DNA of 64,000 bases from Rubripirellula sp. (lineage in GTDB: Bacteria > Planctomycetota > Planctomycetia > Pirellulales > Pirellulaceae): positions 7,392,001 through 7,456,000 of the forward strand of contig OZ244207.1 in NCBI GenBank assembly GCA_965216875.1, written 5' to 3'. Positions 59,204 through 64,000 of this stretch are shown here, in pieces. The position numbers and the translations under genes are program-made. Every line of letters starts with the position of its first letter. Position 1 is the first letter of the stretch. The notes beneath the pieces are model-generated. The model had not been told where the DNA came from. It saw nothing but the letters and a program-made list of their open reading frames with translations, and made no database searches.

Positions 59204-59932
59204 ATGGGACTTGATCGGGGGGACGCTGCCGTGTCAACGCAGCACGATCAATCGTACAAAAAGTTCATCCGTCGCGCGCTGCACGATCTCGGAGCGCCCG
59301 TTCGGCATGTTCAATTGTTTTCTGAAATGCTGCGTGATGAGATCGAACCGGAGCAAATCAGTGAAGCCGGCGTCGAATACCTCGACGTCATTGACCGCGC
59401 CAGTCAGACGATGAAAGGAATCATCGAATCGCTGGGTGACTATTTGCGTTTGCCAGATCAGGCTGGCGGTTCACGTAGCGTCGATGTTCGAACGTTGCTC
59501 GAGCAAGGGTGGGCGGAGCTGCTGGCCGACCAACCCGAAGGAGTCGGCCAGCTCGAGATCGAGGGCGATTTGACGCTCGAAACCGATCCGGTGCTGCTTG
59601 AGAAGATGCTCCGCGAAGTCCTCAAAAACGCGCTAAGGTTTCGCAAACCCAACATGACCGCGCGTGTGCGTGCACTATTGCATCACGACAACGACCACGG
59701 CTCGATCCAAATCCACGATGACGGCGTGGGGATCGAGCCCGAGTTTCTTCAACGCGTTTTGTTGCCCTTCGAGACGCTACCTCAGGACGGCGTCAAATGT
59801 GGGCCGGGACTCGGCTTGCCGCTCTGCCAAAAAATTGCATCGCTCTTGAGCGGCGAGTTGCAATTACAGAGTGAGGCCGGTTCGGGCGTCGCCGTTGCGA
59901 TCACGTTGCCGCTTCGCACCGCCCAAGTCTAG
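59204..59932 (+). CDS. Histidine kinase with no sensor domain (HisKA plus HATPase_c)
   Basis: ALHDLGAP H-box, KNALRF N-box, DDGVGI and GPGLGL G-boxes. Confidence 0.85.
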   Translation: MGLDRGDAAVSTQHDQSYKKFIRRALHDLGAPVRHVQLFSEMLRDEIEPEQISEAGVEYLDVIDRASQTMKGIIESLGDYLRLPDQAGGSRSVDVRTLLEQGWAELLADQPEGVGQLEIEGDLTLETDPVLLEKMLREVLKNALRFRKPNMTARVRALLHHDNDHGSIQIHDDGVGIEPEFLQRVLLPFETLPQDGVKCGPGLGLPLCQKIASLLSGELQLQSEAGSGVAVAITLPLRTAQV

Positions 59933-59943
59933 GTCGCCCAAGT

Positions 59944-60600
59944 CTAGGCCGCGCAACTGGTCTTGGTGGTCTGCAACGCGTGATTGGGATCGATCGCGAT
60001 CAACAACTTAAGCAACTCGATTTCGTTGCTGATACTCAGCTTTCGAAATAAGTTCCCGCGATGCTTGGAAGCGGTTTGAACGGAGATGCAAAACTCTGCG
60101 GCGATCTCTTTGAGAGTTCGTCCGTCGGCGAGTTGATACATCACCTCCTTTTCACGCGATGACAGGCAACCCAGTTTTTCCAAAAACTCGTCACGCATCT
60201 CGCGGCGCTCGAATTCCTCTTCGTGTTGCAGCAACGCTCGCTGGATCACTTCGAGCAACTCGTGCGGGTTGAAGTTCTTTTCAAGGAAATCGAAGACGCC
60301 GTTGTTGAACGCCAGTCGGCAAGTGCCGGCATCCGCGTGGCCGGTGACGACGATGATCGGCATCGTGATCCCTTTCTGACGCATGGCCGCAAACAATTGC
60401 AGGCCGGTCATCTGTGGCATCAACAGGTCTACCACCACACAGCCGCGACTTTGTGAGTCGGTTTCTTCCAAGAAGGTGGCGGGCGATTGGAACGAGCGAA
60501 CGTTCAGCCCAAGGGATTCACAATGGGTGCGGACAAGAAGAAGTTCGTCCGGACAGTCGTCAACGAGATAGACAGTAGATTTCGGGGCAGTGAATGACAT
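59944..60600 (-). CDS. FixJ/LuxR-family response regulator
   Basis: VYLVDD, VDLLMPQMTG, VTGH, DFLEK, LSSREKEV...KEIA HTH. Confidence 0.9.
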   Translation of the reverse strand: MSFTAPKSTVYLVDDCPDELLLVRTHCESLGLNVRSFQSPATFLEETDSQSRGCVVVDLLMPQMTGLQLFAAMRQKGITMPIIVVTGHADAGTCRLAFNNGVFDFLEKNFNPHELLEVIQRALLQHEEEFERREMRDEFLEKLGCLSSREKEVMYQLADGRTLKEIAAEFCISVQTASKHRGNLFRKLSISNEIELLKLLIAIDPNHALQTTKTSCAA

Positions 60601-60650
60601 GATGGGGCAATGGTGTTATCGGAGATGGAATCATCACAGAATGAAAGCCA

Positions 60651-60741
60651 TATCGCTCATCCATAATGCCAAATCGCTGCCCCAGCGATGTCGTTATGTC
60701 TGCCCCACGACGTACTCAATCGACATCATGGATGAGCGATA
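60651..60741. repeat. 18-bp inverted repeat (17/18 match) upstream of the response regulator
   Basis: tatcgctcatccataatg (60651-60668) and catcatggatgagcgata (60724-60741). Confidence 0.75.
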
Positions 60742-60942
60742 GGCGATTGCCCCAGTGTTGAGCGCTTCAGTTTGAAGCCTTGTTGCTCAACATTAGTGTT
60801 GATCGGTAGGGACACCGCCCCTCAACACCTTTTCCCCCGCATTTTGCTGCATTTTGCGCAGGTGAATCTTGAGCATCCGGTTGGGTGGCAACGACTACAT
60901 AAGAGGTAGCGGTCAGGGGGGGCGCGCCCGGGGGGCGAGCGC

Positions 60943-62904
60943 CTAGTTGGCAGCCGCCAAACTCGCCTCGATCTTTGGCAATTGTCCGGCGAGATAGCGT
61001 GGCAGCAGCATCAACGCCCGGCCACTTTCCTGATCAAACGCGTAACGAAACGCATCCTGGGCTCCGATCACGCTGCGGACACGTTGCTCAAACATCTTTC
61101 CGCCTTCGGCGAGAGGTTTGGTCCAAACAACGATCGGAGCCCGGTCGTACGTCGCCGGAGCCCCGATCCACCATCGGTCTTCGTCGATCTTTCGAACCTG
61201 AAGGTCAAAGGGGCTGAAAACCCGATCGAACATCTTCGCGGCGTCGTCGCCAGCATGGGGGATCAACGTGTGAGCTGGTGAGAGCCGTCGCCGGACGGCG
61301 TCGGTCCATTGAATCACCACGCTGGCTTGGTTTTGCTTTGCAGTGCGACGCACCAGGCCCGCGATCGAAATGGGGGTGATTGGTTGAGCAATCGGGTCGC
61401 CGCCGGAGAGCTGTTCCCAGGTAATCGGTCGGTCTTCCTTGGTCTGGCCCCAATGCGCAAACAACGGGTCGGAAACTTTCGGGGCGACGCCCCGCATCCG
61501 CCGCAGCGACTCGGTTGCCAGAATCAGGAATTGTTTCTCTTCTCGCGTGTCACCAACTTGGAGTGTTCCGCCGTCGTTCGGTTGGTCACTGACAAACTCG
61601 TTCAACAGCAGGACGGCCGAGTCACTTCCGGCGCCAAAGTCGTCAAGTTCAATCACCTCGGCTAGCTTGGCGTCGAACGTTGCATCGCTGGGCGTGAGAA
61701 CCAGCAATTGCTCGCGAATCTGCACTTCGGCACCGATCGCTTGGCCGATCTGCTCGAGCAGTTTCATCGCCGGTGTCAGTTCCGTGCGTTTCGTTTTGAA
61801 GTAGCGGTGGGCGTCAATGCCGGCCAGATCGAACGAAACCAAGTCAATCTGCACCGGGACATCACTCACCTGGCTAAGGATCAATGCCAGCTCAGTGAGA
61901 CGATAGTTGCCATCATCAAACGCGATGGGAATCGAGAAATCTGCCACCGGATTGATCTTTCGCGGCGGATTCAACGCGAGGTCAGGGTCGATTTGTTCGG
62001 TAGCAGCCGCCTCGAGGTTCAATTCATCAAGTGTCGGTGGCGCCTTCTCGGTTGGCCTGAGATCAACCGGGCCAAACGGTGCAAGGACATCCCCGAACTC
62101 GGCCAAGCCATCGGGGATCTTCATCATCATTTCCGGTTCATCGCCGCCCTTCTCTTCGGCCGGTGCGATGGCGACTGGTGCGATTGCGACCGGTTGAACA
62201 AGCGGTGATTCCGTTAGCGAACCACCGGGAGGTGGTGGTGGCGTCGGTTCGTCGACTCGGGGTTGTTGTGCCGGTTTTTCGTTTTCGACAACCGATTCAA
62301 CGTCCTCGGTGTTGGCTTGGTTGGGTTCGGCTCGGTTGGGGTTTGCTTCGGAGGTTTGACGCTCCGTGTTCGCGTCGACTTGTTGTTCAGAGTCGCCAGG
62401 TGGATCGGCATCGACCGTTGCTTGCTGTTGCGCTGGGTCGGTATCCACTTCAGCTGCAGGATCTTGCTGCGCCACGTTGTCGTTGCTGCGCCAGTTGCGA
62501 ACAAACCAGCTGAACAACAAGACGGCAGCCAACAATCCTGAAATGGAAACTGCGGCAACCAAAGCAATTTGCCGGGAACGCTGCGAACGCGAACTCTGCC
62601 ACTGCGGTGGGATCGGTGCGGCACCGGTCGTGTCTTCGCTTGTTGCTTCGCCGCCTACGAAACCGCCGCTTGTTTCAACTTGGTTTGCATCCGAGTCGGT
62701 TTCTGGACTCGAGATCGCATCTTCGGTAATCGCTTGGGTATCAACGCTTGATCCGCCCACCGCAACTTGATGTGCCGGCGGGTCGATTTGCACCATCGAC
62801 TCGCATTTGGGGCAACTCGCAATCGTTCCGACCAACGACGGATCGGTGACGCGCAAGCGGCTACCGCAAGTCAGGCATTCAACAGAATATGGCTCGAACG
62901 ACAC
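60943..62904 (-). CDS. Hypothetical membrane-anchored protein with N-terminal Zn-ribbon and Pro/acidic linker
   Basis: CLTC...CPKC, one TM segment, low-complexity linker, globular C-terminus. Confidence 0.75.
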   Translation of the reverse strand: MSFEPYSVECLTCGSRLRVTDPSLVGTIASCPKCESMVQIDPPAHQVAVGGSSVDTQAITEDAISSPETDSDANQVETSGGFVGGEATSEDTTGAAPIPPQWQSSRSQRSRQIALVAAVSISGLLAAVLLFSWFVRNWRSNDNVAQQDPAAEVDTDPAQQQATVDADPPGDSEQQVDANTERQTSEANPNRAEPNQANTEDVESVVENEKPAQQPRVDEPTPPPPPGGSLTESPLVQPVAIAPVAIAPAEEKGGDEPEMMMKIPDGLAEFGDVLAPFGPVDLRPTEKAPPTLDELNLEAAATEQIDPDLALNPPRKINPVADFSIPIAFDDGNYRLTELALILSQVSDVPVQIDLVSFDLAGIDAHRYFKTKRTELTPAMKLLEQIGQAIGAEVQIREQLLVLTPSDATFDAKLAEVIELDDFGAGSDSAVLLLNEFVSDQPNDGGTLQVGDTREEKQFLILATESLRRMRGVAPKVSDPLFAHWGQTKEDRPITWEQLSGGDPIAQPITPISIAGLVRRTAKQNQASVVIQWTDAVRRRLSPAHTLIPHAGDDAAKMFDRVFSPFDLQVRKIDEDRWWIGAPATYDRAPIVVWTKPLAEGGKMFEQRVRSVIGAQDAFRYAFDQESGRALMLLPRYLAGQLPKIEASLAAAN

Positions 62905-63187
62905 CCGGCCCTCGGATGGTAGGGAAAAGAATGGCGGAATCGGACAATGTGGGAAGTCTCCCGCGCTCTTGATTCAATGTGCAAAAACGCGTGAAAACCG
63001 GCACCGGGCGACCACGGTCCTCAACCACGAGGGGCCAGCAAAAGTGGACGAGGTTGCCAGAAATGTCGCCATCCAGACCCCAGCTTACTAGATCCGTTGC
63101 GTTCACAGACCCGCAAATCGCGACCAATCGAGGCTCACGATGCCGTTTTGCGTCAAAACTGACGGTTAGGCCACCAAAACGGGTGAG

Positions 63188-63221
63188 TTGCCAAGCGGTA
63201 CGGTTCAAGACACAATGTCTT
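63188..63221 (+). promoter_or_regulatory. Candidate promoter with overlapping BlaI-type operator
   Basis: TTGCCA-N17-CACAAT; palindrome aagaca-caa-tgtctt (63207-63221) covers the -10. Confidence 0.6.
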
Positions 63222-63252
63222 CTCGTCATTCATTTATCCAAAGGCGATTGCC

Positions 63253-63651
63253 ATGGCCAGAAAAGCGCAAGATGTGACCGATGCCGAGCTTGCGATCATG
63301 GAACAACTGTGGGGCGAAGGGCCCTCGAGTGTTCGCAACTTGGCGGAGCACCTTTATGGGAACGCATCGACATCGAATACGGCGACCGTTCAAAAACTGC
63401 TCGGCCGTCTTGAGACCAAAGGGTTTGTTGAACGCGACCAATCGGTTTGGCCACGATTGTTTCGGGGTGTGATTGAGCGTGCCGAGTTGATCGGTCGTCG
63501 ACTACAGACAACGGCCGACGAACTTTGCGAAGGATCGATGGGACCCTTGCTGACCCATCTTGTTCGCAGTGGCACGTTGTCTCGCAACGACCGCGACAAA
63601 CTAAAAACACTGCTCGAAGATCTGGACCAGTCAAAATCTTTGGAGGGTTGA
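63253..63651 (+). CDS. BlaI/MecI/CopY family transcriptional repressor
   Basis: TDAELAIMEQLW, TVQKLLGRLETKGFVER, GSMGPLLTHLV. Confidence 0.92.
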   Translation: MARKAQDVTDAELAIMEQLWGEGPSSVRNLAEHLYGNASTSNTATVQKLLGRLETKGFVERDQSVWPRLFRGVIERAELIGRRLQTTADELCEGSMGPLLTHLVRSGTLSRNDRDKLKTLLEDLDQSKSLEG

Positions 63652-63654
63652 TCG

Positions 63655-64000
63655 ATGTTGACGTTCGAGCCTTATTGGATTGTCAGTTGGATCGTAAGCA
63701 ACACGGTGATCGCCGGGCTGATCGCATTGTTTGCCTTAGCGGCGGATCGCTGGTTTCGTCGCCCCGCCCTTTCGCACGTCCTTTGGATGCTGGTGTTGAT
63801 CAAGTTGCTGACGCCACCCATTGTGACGTTGCCGATCGCGATTGATGCGTCGCAGCTCAATTGGATTGCGGGCTATGAATGGTCGTCGGCCGAGCTTGCT
63901 GACAAAGCCGATGCGAATCGATTGTCGCTGGTGGGAAGTGCTGTTGCGCGTCACCCGTTTTCGACAGCATCGGGTACGTTCTTAGCTTTGCTCGGGATTT
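63655..64000 (+). CDS. BlaR1/M56-family membrane protein, 3'-truncated by the window edge
   Basis: Own translation MLTFEPYWIVSWIVSNTVIAG...RRPALSHVLWMLVLIKLLTPP; starts 3 nt after the BlaI-family gene. Confidence 0.85.
   Translation, partial: MLTFEPYWIVSWIVSNTVIAGLIALFALAADRWFRRPALSHVLWMLVLIKLLTPPIVTLPIAIDASQLNWIAGYEWSSAELADKADANRLSLVGSAVARHPFSTASGTFLALLGI

Overview
A 64-kb chromosomal segment, most likely from a planctomycete of the Pirellulaceae type. This is inferred from the DUF1559 pilin-like gene, the DUF1501 plus DUF1549/DUF1553 cytochrome pair, the BlaI/M56 pair and the dense intergenic palindromes. Most of it is housekeeping: rplA-rplJ-rplL (detached from rplK and rpoB, with a candidate L1-binding leader), rpmG, lepA, recJ, a DinG-type helicase, panB, pgl, amtB, and hpf-ptsN-ptsH-ptsI-TIGR03936-RNase E/G. 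I found no rRNA, tRNA, CRISPR array, transposase or prophage genes. The standout is a secreted 709-aa protein (4181-6310) built as a mirror image around a central Cys-rich loop. It has two arms of 301 and 300 aa made of two different, charge-complementary 14-aa repeat types. Their length irregularities fall at matching distances from the centre, and the two repeat types swap arms at the distal ends. This predicts one continuous antiparallel beta-hairpin of roughly 100 nm with Cys-rich caps, a candidate fibre or appendage subunit. Secondary points: a 34-aa hydrophobic small ORF missed by the ORF track, REP elements that supply gene stop codons, mosaic REP clusters, an 18-bp inverted repeat upstream of a FixJ-type regulator, and two incomplete signalling proteins.
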